Assembly (NCBI GenBank): GCA_965228855.1
Contig: CBDDIJ010000005.1
Coordinates: 480,001-544,000, forward strand
Direction of reading: 5' to 3'
Source: Candidatus Obscuribacterales bacterium
GTDB lineage: Bacteria > Cyanobacteriota > Vampirovibrionia > Obscuribacterales > Obscuribacteraceae
Length of the DNA stretch: 64,000 bases
Shown piece by piece: positions 19,375 to 28,898 of the stretch. Under the pieces are notes generated by a model. That model saw only the letters and a list, made by a program, of their open reading frames with translations. It was not told where the DNA came from and ran no database searches. A program made the translations under genes and the position numbers. Position 1 is the first letter of the stretch. Each line of letters opens with the position of its first letter.

Positions 19375-20958
19375 ATGACGCAAGCAGTTGGACAAGTAGA
19401 AGTCCTTGGCAAACTACAGCCCGGATTCGATGAGATATTGACTCCGGAAGCACTCGCTTTTATTGCGGAGTTGCACAAGAAGTTTAATCCAACTCGTAAA
19501 GAACTGCTGAAGAAGCGCGTACAGCGCCAGCAAGAAATCAGCTCCGGAAAGTATCCTGACTTTTTGCCCGAAACCGCTTCCATCCGCAATAGTGACTGGA
19601 AAGTCGCTGATGCACCAGAAGACCTGCTTGACCGCCGGGTGGAGATCACGGGACCGGCGGAGGCGAAAATGATGATCAACGCCTTGAACTCCGGCGCTAA
19701 TGTGTTCATGGCAGATCTGGAAGACGCTCTGTCACCGAGCTGGGGAAATGTTGTTGCCGGTCAAATGGCGCTCAGGGACGCCGTGCGCAAAACATTGAAA
19801 TTCGAATCACCGGAAGGCAAATCATACAGCCTGAAAGATAAACTGGCCACGCTCATCGTCAGACCACGAGGTTGGCACCTGGAAGAAAGTCATGTACTCG
19901 TCGATGGTGAGCCGGTTTCAGGCAGTTTGTTCGACTTTGGATTGTACTTTTTCCACAACGCAGATGAAGCCGTGAAGCGTGGAACCGGTCCGTATTTCTA
20001 CCTGCCAAAATTGGAGAGCCATCTGGAAGCACGGCTCTGGAACGACGTTTTCAACTTCGCGCAGGACGCACTAGGAATTCCAAGAGGCACCATTCGCGCC
20101 ACCGTTTTAATCGAAACTATTCTCGCTTCCCTCGAAATGGAAGAAATTCTCTACGAACTTCGTGAGCACATGTCGGCTCTCAATGCCGGGCGCTGGGACT
20201 ATATATTCAGCACTATCAAAAAGTTTTCAAGCGACAAGGATTTCCTGTTTCCCGACCGCGCACAAGTGACTATGCGCGTTCCATTCATGCGCGCGTATTG
20301 TCAGTTGCTGGTGAAAACTTGTCATAAGCGCGGCGCGCATGCAATGGGCGGAATGGCGGCATTTATTCCCAGCCGCCGAGATCCGGCAATCAATGAGGTC
20401 GCTCTGACCAAAGTTCGCGATGATAAAGAGTTGGAAGTATCAACAGGCTTTGATGGAACCTGGGTTGCTCACCCTGACCTGGTGCCGGTTGCAAAAGAGG
20501 TCTTCGACAAAGCCTTCGGAGACAAACCGAACCAGAAAGAGAAGCAACTCGATGTGAACGTGAGCGCCAAAGAGCTTCTCGATGTTTCCATCGATGGCGG
20601 AAAGATCACTGAAGCAGGAGTTGCAAACAACGTCAATGTTGCATTGCAATACATCGAATCATGGTTGCGAGGAATCGGTGCCGCAGCAATCCACAATCTG
20701 ATGGAAGACGCGGCGACGGCGGAGATATCGCGAGCGCAGCTCTGGCAATGGATTAAGCTAGGCGCGAAGCTCGATGATGGCCGGCCGGTCACTAAAGAGC
20801 TTTATCGTGAAACCCGCGACAAAGAAATGAAGGCACTCACCGCAGGTGGTGCCGGCAGATACAAAGAAGCTGCCGAGATACTAGACTTCCTCGTTGAAAG
20901 CGAAGATTTCATCGACTTCCTCACGATCAAAGCGTACGAATACCTCGATAGAGAATAA
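19375..20958 (+). CDS. aceB: Malate synthase A
   Basis: [62 protein letters not shown] before ATG 19375. Confidence 0.95.
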   Translation: MTQAVGQVEVLGKLQPGFDEILTPEALAFIAELHKKFNPTRKELLKKRVQRQQEISSGKYPDFLPETASIRNSDWKVADAPEDLLDRRVEITGPAEAKMMINALNSGANVFMADLEDALSPSWGNVVAGQMALRDAVRKTLKFESPEGKSYSLKDKLATLIVRPRGWHLEESHVLVDGEPVSGSLFDFGLYFFHNADEAVKRGTGPYFYLPKLESHLEARLWNDVFNFAQDALGIPRGTIRATVLIETILASLEMEEILYELREHMSALNAGRWDYIFSTIKKFSSDKDFLFPDRAQVTMRVPFMRAYCQLLVKTCHKRGAHAMGGMAAFIPSRRDPAINEVALTKVRDDKELEVSTGFDGTWVAHPDLVPVAKEVFDKAFGDKPNQKEKQLDVNVSAKELLDVSIDGGKITEAGVANNVNVALQYIESWLRGIGAAAIHNLMEDAATAEISRAQLWQWIKLGAKLDDGRPVTKELYRETRDKEMKALTAGGAGRYKEAAEILDFLVESEDFIDFLTIKAYEYLDRE

Positions 20959-20961
20959 ACA

Positions 20962-21705
20962 TTGGATTTAGAAGTACTCCTGGACAAAGAAGATCCGGCG
21001 TGGCCATTAATCACGCAATGGATCAATGACGCCGTCAACCACGTGGAGGTGCTACCGCCTTCGGAGCCGGCACGGACCGATACATTGCTCGATTTGCAAG
21101 TTTCCACCCACTCGACTCTCGGTGCAATCGCGTACGAAACAGGCGGCATTCTAGTCGACCATGGTTGGATGCGTATCCTCGGCTCAGGACATCCCCGCTT
21201 ACCCCGTTCTGTTAATGAATGGAATCAAGCGGTCTGGGGTGAGGATGAAACCGATTACCCGTTCTACCTTATCGCAGATGACGCAATTGGCGGATTCTAC
21301 GCACTGGATTCGGGAAGTCTCGGCAACGCTGAAAGCGTTTTCTACTTCGCGCCGGACACGCTTGAATGGGAAGATACGGACCAGGGCTACACGGACTTCA
21401 TCGATTTCTGTTTAAACGGTGATTTGCATAAGTACTATCAATCGATGCGTTGGCAAAACTGGCAGGACGAGGTTTCCCTTCTCAACGGCGACGACGCGAT
21501 TTCGATCGTGCCACCACTTGCTTTCACATTAGAGCCAGAGCTAGACCCAATTGATGCTCGCAGAAGAACTTCAGTAAGCGTGTACGAGCTGTACGATTTC
21601 CACGTATTTCACCTGCCGGGACAGCTGGATGGTAAAAACGGAGAACTAGACCCTGATGCGGTTGAAGGACCAGATGAAAATCCATCCGGACCACCATTAG
21701 TTTAG
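20962..21705 (+). CDS. DUF2625-family protein
   Basis: DPAWPLI, LQVSTHSTLGAIAYETGGILVDHGWMRILGSG, YFAPDTLEWE. Confidence 0.75.
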   Translation: MDLEVLLDKEDPAWPLITQWINDAVNHVEVLPPSEPARTDTLLDLQVSTHSTLGAIAYETGGILVDHGWMRILGSGHPRLPRSVNEWNQAVWGEDETDYPFYLIADDAIGGFYALDSGSLGNAESVFYFAPDTLEWEDTDQGYTDFIDFCLNGDLHKYYQSMRWQNWQDEVSLLNGDDAISIVPPLAFTLEPELDPIDARRRTSVSVYELYDFHVFHLPGQLDGKNGELDPDAVEGPDENPSGPPLV

Positions 21706-21935
21706 TAAATTCGTAACGATCTACTATCACCACTAATACGGTCAGAAAACCGACACCGGACGACACCGAAACGCGTCATTGTTATCAACGTGTTAAGTCG
21801 CGAAACCCACTGTTTAGGCGCTCTTGCACGTGGGCATAAAAATAGAAGGAACCTCCACCTAAATGTTCAGTCTCGTGGAGTAGCAATATAGTCCGGCGAG
21901 AATCCTACCAGACAGTAGGACCGGCATTCCGTGTT

Positions 21936-22178
21936 ATGGAGGATTTTGATTCTATGGAAGCGATTTTACGTAAAACCCACTCTGTGCTATCCGCGCCCAA
22001 AGTGGATCTCCGTCCCGGAGACGTAGTCGCAAGAAGCCAGCACTTCTACTACGTGACCGACGATATGCGGCTCGTGGGATGGAATCAAGCCGACAAGACT
22101 TTTGAAGAACTCGAACTTTCACGCAAGGACGATGATGTCGTCTACCGCCAGCGCGGTGCAGAGCCCAACGGCAAATAG
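21936..22178 (+). CDS. Hypothetical protein
   Basis: 80-aa ORF; GGAGG precedes an alternative second ATG. Confidence 0.55.
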   Translation: MEDFDSMEAILRKTHSVLSAPKVDLRPGDVVARSQHFYYVTDDMRLVGWNQADKTFEELELSRKDDDVVYRQRGAEPNGK

Positions 22179-22181
22179 AGT

Positions 22182-22763
22182 TTACTTTCCACTGATTTGT
22201 TTCAAAGCCTTTTCAGCAGCGGCGTGAACCCATAAATCGCGCTGCACCATGCAACACCCGGCCCCTTGCTCGGGTGGATGCGCCGAAATCGCAGCTTCTT
22301 TCAGAGCGGGAATAGCCCCTCTTGCATCTGGACCGATTGCACCAAGGGTGGTGGCGGCTTCGCCTCTGACGTTCGTACTCTCGTCTTTCAACGCGGTTAT
22401 GAGCACCGGCACGAGGGCGCGTGCGTTTTTTCCCGCGATGCGCGCGGCGACAACTGTCGCGGCCCTGTCGAAAGCAACCGTACTGCCCAGGTTTTTCCGC
22501 AAAACGGCGAGCGCGTCCTCATCTCGCGCATTAGCTTTCAAAGCCTGCGCAGCGCTTTCTGACTGTTTCTCGACAGATTGAACGGCAGTTGAAACCGGTT
22601 TGGAACTTGCAGCAGGTCCCTTCGATGAGTTCGCGCGAGTTTCAGGTCTCACCACTTTCGCGTTCTCTGTTGCCAAAACCGGCGATACACAAACTGAGAG
22701 CGAGAAGAACAGCAGGCACAGCCTAACGGCATCGAATCCTGGTCGTCGTTTCGCCTCGAACAT
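22182..22763 (-). CDS. Exported HEAT/PBS-repeat protein
   Basis: Signal peptide (SPVLA), VPVLITALKDESTNVRGEAATTLGAIG repeat; start inferred at ATG 22763. Confidence 0.65.
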   Translation of the reverse strand: MFEAKRRPGFDAVRLCLLFFSLSVCVSPVLATENAKVVRPETRANSSKGPAASSKPVSTAVQSVEKQSESAAQALKANARDEDALAVLRKNLGSTVAFDRAATVVAARIAGKNARALVPVLITALKDESTNVRGEAATTLGAIGPDARGAIPALKEAAISAHPPEQGAGCCMVQRDLWVHAAAEKALKQISGK

Positions 22764-22813
22764 AAATCTCATCTCTTTCGCAATTTGGAACGAAATCGGA
22801 CTAACGCAGCCGG

Positions 22814-23155
22814 TCAGCTTCCTCGATAAGTCGAATATCCGAAGGGGCTGAGAAGAAGCGGCACATGATAGTGCTGAGAAGTGTCCTCGATCTCGAAAGT
22901 CACAGGAACGTTTGGATAAAAGCACTTCTGTTGAAGAGCCTCGTAGTAGGACTGAGTATCAAAATAAAGCCTGTAGATTCCCGCTTCAAGCTGGTGACCA
23001 GGCGGTAACAGATCGAGCGCTCGACCGTCATTATTGGTGGTGCTTCCGCCAAGTTCTCGCCAGCCGTTGTCTGTCAAAAACTCGAGAACGATGATTACCC
23101 CCACCGCGGGACGGCCTTTGCTGGTATCAAGAACGTGTGTAGTAATTCCGCTCAT
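22814..23155 (-). CDS. uraH: 5-hydroxyisourate hydrolase (transthyretin-like)
   Basis: ITTHVLDTSKGRPA; C-terminal HYHVPLLLSPFGYSTYRGS. Confidence 0.95.
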   Translation of the reverse strand: MSGITTHVLDTSKGRPAVGVIIVLEFLTDNGWRELGGSTTNNDGRALDLLPPGHQLEAGIYRLYFDTQSYYEALQQKCFYPNVPVTFEIEDTSQHYHVPLLLSPFGYSTYRGS

Positions 23156-23204
23156 TTTTCGTTCCTTTCTCGGCTTCTAGTACGAATCAAACCTGCGTTC
23201 GTGT

Positions 23205-23702
23205 TCAAATCTTTTCCAGTCGAATTCTAGTAATCTTCTTTTGCTCTTCGCCAGCAATTTTAAATTCGACGTCCGCTTCATTATCAACGCGAGCGTTTAA
23301 AATTTCCAGCATTTCCGCTGCGGACTTACCCGTTGCACATACGATGAATATATAACCAAAACGCTCTTCGTATGCCGAATTTCCGGCAGCCAGATTTTCG
23401 AGAACCTCAGTCGAAGTACCAGCCACGCCTGACTGCTCGTTTTGAGCCCAGTCCTTGGTGTTGCCATATTTCTGGCGCAAACTGTTCAAATCGCCAATTT
23501 TAGGATGGGCAGCGAACGCATCGAGCCAGTCGCTTTTCTCCATCGATGTGAACGCAGTTTCGGCAGCACGCAATAAATCAGAGTCATTGGAAAATGGACG
23601 CGCCGCTACCATCGAGCGCGCCCAAACAAGACTCCCGCAACACTTGAGAAACGCGTCGAGCGCTTCGTCAGCGTTTAACTTGTTGATATGGTTTAAGTTC
23701 AT
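23205..23702 (-). CDS. uraD: OHCU decarboxylase
   Basis: AFAAHPKIG, EQSGV, YEERFGYIFIVCATG, EQKKITRIRL; overlaps the allantoicase 3' end. Confidence 0.93.
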   Translation of the reverse strand: MNLNHINKLNADEALDAFLKCCGSLVWARSMVAARPFSNDSDLLRAAETAFTSMEKSDWLDAFAAHPKIGDLNSLRQKYGNTKDWAQNEQSGVAGTSTEVLENLAAGNSAYEERFGYIFIVCATGKSAAEMLEILNARVDNEADVEFKIAGEEQKKITRIRLEKI

Positions 23703-24756
23703 CGGTTTCTTCACCGGTATGCACAGAACCTGATTCTGACATCACTTTGCACCACGCTCGAAACCGACTGATACCACCGTCGGGAACGATGCTCAAACGA
23801 ATGTGACTCCATGGTCCGTCGTTTTGCAATTCTTTGTCGAAGTAATGCTGGTGGTCTGCCTGCAACTTCGTAACCGGCAGAATCGGCGTCCAGGCGAAGC
23901 TATGAGCGTTTAGCGCATCTATGTCCTGACTGGGTGCATAACATCCGTCGATGAAGCAGGCATCAGGAAAGTTCCCTTTGTAATGACACGTATCGACTTC
24001 AATTTTCTTGAGCAAACCTGGTCGAGCCAGACGTATCACCGCCCAGTCGTGTCCCGGAAGATCGCGCCTGCGTCTGGTCTCCCAGCCGTCTCCCATATTC
24101 TCTCCACGCCCGGGCATGATCATGTTGTTCTTGTTTCCAAAGAACATATCATTGGCCGCCACCACCAGCCCGCCGTTTTCAGCAGCCGCTAGATCGACGT
24201 CAACTTTCGGCTCCATATCTCGCCAATTGCGATGGACGGTACCAAACACTTTTAAACGCGCGACGCCACCATCAGGATAGATGTTCAATCGGAGATGCGT
24301 CCACGGTGCAGAAACACCTGCGACTGCATATATGTTCTGCGAGCCCTGCTTCAAAGGTGATTTCGGCAGAATTTCCGTCCAATCTGCCTTCTGCAGCTTC
24401 TCAACAGAGACATCACCTTCCAGGTAGAGCGCATCGATTGACGCGTACGGCGGATGATTCCCGAGGAAATGGTTAGTGTCGATGTCGACACCGTGGATGA
24501 TACCAGCTTGCCCCAGCTTTATGATGCACCAGTCATGCCCGGGAACCCGCTTCCGACGGGATTCCCAGCCGTCCATCCATTTTCCTTGCTCGGTGTATTT
24601 GTCAGCGATGAACACACCACGTCCCGGCTTGAGCAAATTGTGCATTTCAGCGAAGAAATCGTCGCTACAAGCCAGTGCCTTGCCACCAAATTTTTCAGCA
24701 GCTAAATCAATAAACCCGGTGAAAACAGCCGCGTCTAAATTGAAACCTCTTTCCAT
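23668..24756 (-). CDS. alc: Allantoicase
   Basis: Duplicated DGWESRRKR/DGWETRRRR and PDGGVARL/PDGGISRF motifs. Confidence 0.93.
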   Translation of the reverse strand: MERGFNLDAAVFTGFIDLAAEKFGGKALACSDDFFAEMHNLLKPGRGVFIADKYTEQGKWMDGWESRRKRVPGHDWCIIKLGQAGIIHGVDIDTNHFLGNHPPYASIDALYLEGDVSVEKLQKADWTEILPKSPLKQGSQNIYAVAGVSAPWTHLRLNIYPDGGVARLKVFGTVHRNWRDMEPKVDVDLAAAENGGLVVAANDMFFGNKNNMIMPGRGENMGDGWETRRRRDLPGHDWAVIRLARPGLLKKIEVDTCHYKGNFPDACFIDGCYAPSQDIDALNAHSFAWTPILPVTKLQADHQHYFDKELQNDGPWSHIRLSIVPDGGISRFRAWCKVMSESGSVHTGEETDELKPYQQVKR

Positions 24757-26129
24757 TACTTGCTCTCCACTCGTTGTTGCAGCAACATGCGACCGACCTG
24801 CTCATTTAACAGTTGGCCGTTTTCGAACACAATCATTCCTCTAACGAACGTCTTCTCGATCTTGCCCTTCAGCGTCATGCCATCGTATGGGGTGACTTTA
24901 TGGCGGTGTTGAATCATTTCTGGCGCAATTTGCGACTCCTGTTCAGGATTCCAAATCACGATATCGGCATCGAAGCCAGGGGCGAGAACACCCTTGCGCT
25001 CTGACATTCCGAGAAGCTGCGCCGGTTTCTTCGACAATAAATGCGAAACTTGCTGAATCGGAATTCCACGCTTCTCCGCTTGGGTCCAGACCGACGGCAA
25101 AACAAATTGCATCGATGAAATTCCGCCCCACGCTTTTTGCAAATCGCCCTCGTTTAAAAACTTCAGAGAAGGCGTGCAAGGAGAGTGGTCTGAAACAATG
25201 AAATCGATTGTGCCATCCATGACACCTTCCCAGAGCTTTTCCCGATTCTCCCGTTCTCTGATAGGAGGGGCACATTTGAAGCGCGGATCGCCGTCCGTAA
25301 TTTCCTCGGCTGCAAATGTTAGATAGTGCGGACAGGTTTCAACAGTGAACGGCAGACCTTCATCCTTTGCCGCACGAATTGCCGGGAGCGCCTCTGATGA
25401 AGAAAGATGCACTATGTGCACCGGGCAATTATGCTCGCGACAGAGTCGAATCATCAGTTCAATCGCATCGTTTTCCCACTTGCGAGGGCGTGAATTGAGA
25501 AATGCTCGGTATGAAGAAGACTTATCACTCCAATCGTCCTGATGAGAACCATCGCACTCCAACTCGGCGTGCACGAGAAGCGGAACCTTATGGCGAGCCA
25601 GAATCGGCATCGCAATGTGTAAATCGTCTTCTGTGACATTTGGAAAATCGTCGATTCCCGAATGAATAAGGAAGCATTTGAAACCTTTGACGCCCGCCTC
25701 GATCAACATCTCCAGAGAGTCCGCGTTACCGGGAACGACACCGCCCCAGAATGCGCAGTCCACTTCCAGTTTATTTTGCGCAGCCGCTACTTTCTCCTTC
25801 AGCGCACTCAGCGTCGTAGTGACAGGATTCGAATTTAGAGGCATATCGCAGATCGTCGTGCTTCCGCCAGCAGCTGCAGCCCTGGTTCCAGTCTCGAAGC
25901 CTTCCCACTCGGTGCGCCCGGGCTCATTCAAATGCACATGACAGTCCACCAAACCGGGCATGACTACCGAGTCTCCAGCATCATGAATCTTGATTCCAGC
26001 AGGAACTTTATCCGAAGAAATGATCTCCACAATTGTGCCGTCGTCGATCAAAACACAAGCGTTGATGATCCCTTCGGGCGTCACTACTCGTGTGCTTGAA
26101 ATCGCAAACATCTCAGTTTCACTGCTCAT
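24756..26129 (-). CDS. allB: Allantoinase
   Basis: DCHVHLNEPGRTEWEGF, DMPLNSNP, GFKCFL, VETCPHYL, SDHSPC, AWGGISS; GGAG RBS before ATG 26129. Confidence 0.93.
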   Translation of the reverse strand: MSSETEMFAISSTRVVTPEGIINACVLIDDGTIVEIISSDKVPAGIKIHDAGDSVVMPGLVDCHVHLNEPGRTEWEGFETGTRAAAAGGSTTICDMPLNSNPVTTTLSALKEKVAAAQNKLEVDCAFWGGVVPGNADSLEMLIEAGVKGFKCFLIHSGIDDFPNVTEDDLHIAMPILARHKVPLLVHAELECDGSHQDDWSDKSSSYRAFLNSRPRKWENDAIELMIRLCREHNCPVHIVHLSSSEALPAIRAAKDEGLPFTVETCPHYLTFAAEEITDGDPRFKCAPPIRERENREKLWEGVMDGTIDFIVSDHSPCTPSLKFLNEGDLQKAWGGISSMQFVLPSVWTQAEKRGIPIQQVSHLLSKKPAQLLGMSERKGVLAPGFDADIVIWNPEQESQIAPEMIQHRHKVTPYDGMTLKGKIEKTFVRGMIVFENGQLLNEQVGRMLLQQRVESK

Positions 26130-26364
26130 TTTTCGCTCCGTCGGCATACGCCGCTCAAGTAGTTCGCGCAATACGGGAAGCCAGACAAGCGGTGTTGGAA
26201 CGCCAATCCGCCCGGTCAAGAAATTGAGCTAATTGTCGCATATATAGAGCGATTTCGCTTCACACCCAACTTGACAATCAAATCAACAGACAATGCAAAT
26301 TCATTTGATATGCGCAGGATAGTTTTCTCGTATAATCATTATCCAATGTCTGGAGGTGGCGACA

Positions 26365-27261
26365 ATGACTCGTCAGGATGCTGGTGTCCCAACGGCGGAG
26401 AAAAAGACAGTGCACTCAATGACGCACAATGCGTACGGTAAGTCCAGAGTTAGACTTACTAAGGTCACTCGCGAAAAGGACATGCACGTCCTCCACGAAA
26501 TTGCAGTCGCAATTCAGTTAGAAGGCAAGTTTGAACGCTCTTACACCGAGGGTGACAACACCGAAGTAGTCGCCACCGACTCTATGAAGAACACGGTCTA
26601 TGTGCTCGCCGCCGAGCATCCACTTAGAGACATCGAATCATTCGGTAAGACTCTTGCAAAACATTTCCTGGATTCATATGAAAGCGTTTCCAAAGTGACA
26701 GTGCAACTGGAAGAAGAATTGTGGCACCGCATAGAAGTCGACGGGAAGCCTCATGCTAACTCATTTTACGGCGCCGGATCAGAAAAACATACAGCGCGAA
26801 TTACAGCGACCAAAGACAAAGTCGATGTTGTGTCGGGCATTGCCGGTTTGAAACTTGTAAAAACGACGGACTCCGAATTCTGGGGTTTTGTTCGGGACCG
26901 GTATACAACGCTGGTCGATGTTAAGGACAGAATCTTCGGAACAAGCGTCGAAGCAATCTGGCAATACACCAAGGATGGTGCTGATTACAAAAAATCGTAT
27001 GACACCATCCGCGCTACCATATTGGAAATATTTGCCACACATCATAGTCTCGCTGTTCAGCACACGCTTTACGACATCGGTCAAATTTCCCTGGACCGCG
27101 CGCCGGACGTGAGCGAGATAACCATCACCATGCCGAACGAACACCGAATTCCATTCAATCTGGAGCCGTTTGGTTTAACAAACAAAGACGAGGTGTTCGT
27201 GGCTACCGATGAGCCATTCGGCTTAATCAGCGGTACGCTTAAGCGAAACCAGAATAAGTAA
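26365..27261 (+). CDS. pucL: Urate oxidase (uricase)
   Basis: YGKSRVRL, VATDSMKNTVY, LVKTTDSEFWGF, SLAVQHTLY, MPNEH; GGAGG RBS. Confidence 0.95.
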   Translation: MTRQDAGVPTAEKKTVHSMTHNAYGKSRVRLTKVTREKDMHVLHEIAVAIQLEGKFERSYTEGDNTEVVATDSMKNTVYVLAAEHPLRDIESFGKTLAKHFLDSYESVSKVTVQLEEELWHRIEVDGKPHANSFYGAGSEKHTARITATKDKVDVVSGIAGLKLVKTTDSEFWGFVRDRYTTLVDVKDRIFGTSVEAIWQYTKDGADYKKSYDTIRATILEIFATHHSLAVQHTLYDIGQISLDRAPDVSEITITMPNEHRIPFNLEPFGLTNKDEVFVATDEPFGLISGTLKRNQNK

Positions 27262-27382
27262 GACCAACAGTTGAAAGTCGATCACTAGCACTAAGCTCAG
27301 TCTCGATCACAAACCTCGACCGCAACCTTCGTCGCGACCGTTTCCAACCTGATCGGTGCTCAGGTAGTAAAACAAGATCCAG

Positions 27383-28681
27383 CTAAGAAGAGCCGGCTAA
27401 TTGTTTTACCCTTTCAAAACCAGCAAGGTCCTTGAGTTTTTCGAGTTCCTGGCGTTGCGCTTCTTTAACTTCGCCGTTATCGATCACCACCACCGACGGT
27501 GTCTTGTTTTCATCGCCGGCGTTATTCATCTGTGACAAAATCCAGTCCTCGACGAATGAAGAAACCTTCTCGGTCAGCTGACCTTCTTCCAATACAAGGT
27601 GTTCTGACCCGGCAACGATCGCAAATTGTTTACTTGGATTTTGTATCCGCTTGAACAAAAGTGCGGACGCTTCCGGTTTCGACAGTCGGTCGCCCAGCCC
27701 CTGCAAGATCAACACTGGAACGTCCTTGATGTGTTTAGCATTAAAAGGCGTCGAACGCATCAATCGATAATAATCGTACGCCTCGGGAACTGAATAATTC
27801 ATCCGATATGATTCATCGGTCAGCCACTGCTTTTTCAGGTCAGAATTATTGGAGGCCATGTTTGCAACAGAGCGAGCGGCAAAGCCAGGTTCACCAAATA
27901 CCTGATCGAATAATCCTTCGAACGTCAGTCGCTTTACTCCGCTGATTTGCCACGCCGGAGCAGACACAATCACTCCATCGACAAGCTCGGGGAAATCGGC
28001 GCCTACCTTCAGTGCGAGCGCGCCGCCCATCGATTCACCGACCACAAAGATTTTTTTGTCCGGATTTCGTTTGCGCACGCTGCCGAGAAGCTTCGATATG
28101 TCCTGCACAGTTCCAGGAAAATCGATACGCTTCATTCCGTGTTTTTTGCGGTCCAGACCGAAACCGCGAACATCAATCGCCGCGGTATCGAAGCCATGCG
28201 CAGACATCACCGCACCAAAATCGTTGAACTCGCGCGCCGACAGACCCCAGGCGTGTATGCAAAGGATGTAGGCATCCTTTGGTTCCGCGCTCTTCCATTC
28301 GAGCAGGTTCATGCGCTTCAAATGCCCATCACCACCGCCGTGGATATGCCGTTGTAGTTCCTCAGGAAACTCCTGGTAGGCGGGCGCACTTTTGATTAAT
28401 GCGGCATGCTCGACTGTTTTCTTTGTGGAAACCGGAAATGCATCGGACTTCACACCAGACCCAACGAAAAAGGACAATGCGCAAGCGACCGCTGTGACTG
28501 TTTTCTTCCACCAGCCAGCGAGGCGACCGGTTGTTCTAGAAGACGCTGTATCCGCGAACTTGTGATCACAGGCTTTCGTATGACTGGTGCGGCAAGCCAC
28601 GTCAAAGTGATCGCATGCCGCTTTGTGAGCGGCTCCTGAACGATTGCGCGACAATGCCTTGCTGGAGTTGAAACTGAGCAT
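27383..28681 (-). CDS. Alpha/beta hydrolase (lysophospholipase-like), possibly exported
   Basis: DVRGFG, GESMGG nucleophile elbow, LILQGLGDRL, SEHL. Confidence 0.8.
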   Translation of the reverse strand: MLSFNSSKALSRNRSGAAHKAACDHFDVACRTSHTKACDHKFADTASSRTTGRLAGWWKKTVTAVACALSFFVGSGVKSDAFPVSTKKTVEHAALIKSAPAYQEFPEELQRHIHGGGDGHLKRMNLLEWKSAEPKDAYILCIHAWGLSAREFNDFGAVMSAHGFDTAAIDVRGFGLDRKKHGMKRIDFPGTVQDISKLLGSVRKRNPDKKIFVVGESMGGALALKVGADFPELVDGVIVSAPAWQISGVKRLTFEGLFDQVFGEPGFAARSVANMASNNSDLKKQWLTDESYRMNYSVPEAYDYYRLMRSTPFNAKHIKDVPVLILQGLGDRLSKPEASALLFKRIQNPSKQFAIVAGSEHLVLEEGQLTEKVSSFVEDWILSQMNNAGDENKTPSVVVIDNGEVKEAQRQELEKLKDLAGFERVKQLAGSS

Positions 28682-28898
28682 GAGGAGTCCGGGGTATTAG
28701 CGGTGGCGACGTCCAGGTGAATCCAGTCTATCGTATATGACTACTTTTGCACAAATGAGCTGTTTGTCACCAGAAGGGAGATTTAGCCACGATTTAAGTG
28801 TGGCGAAAAGAGAAGTAAGTAGTGCTTTCATTTAGTCCTCCACTTGATACTTCTATATGCCCAATTCATGCGGCTTTTAGCCGTCGGACTCCTTTTCT

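Noticed and set aside
26330..26344. TATAATCATTATC as a Fur box upstream of uricase
   Set aside because: Does not fit the 7-2-7 boxes seen here and is equally explained as a -10 element.
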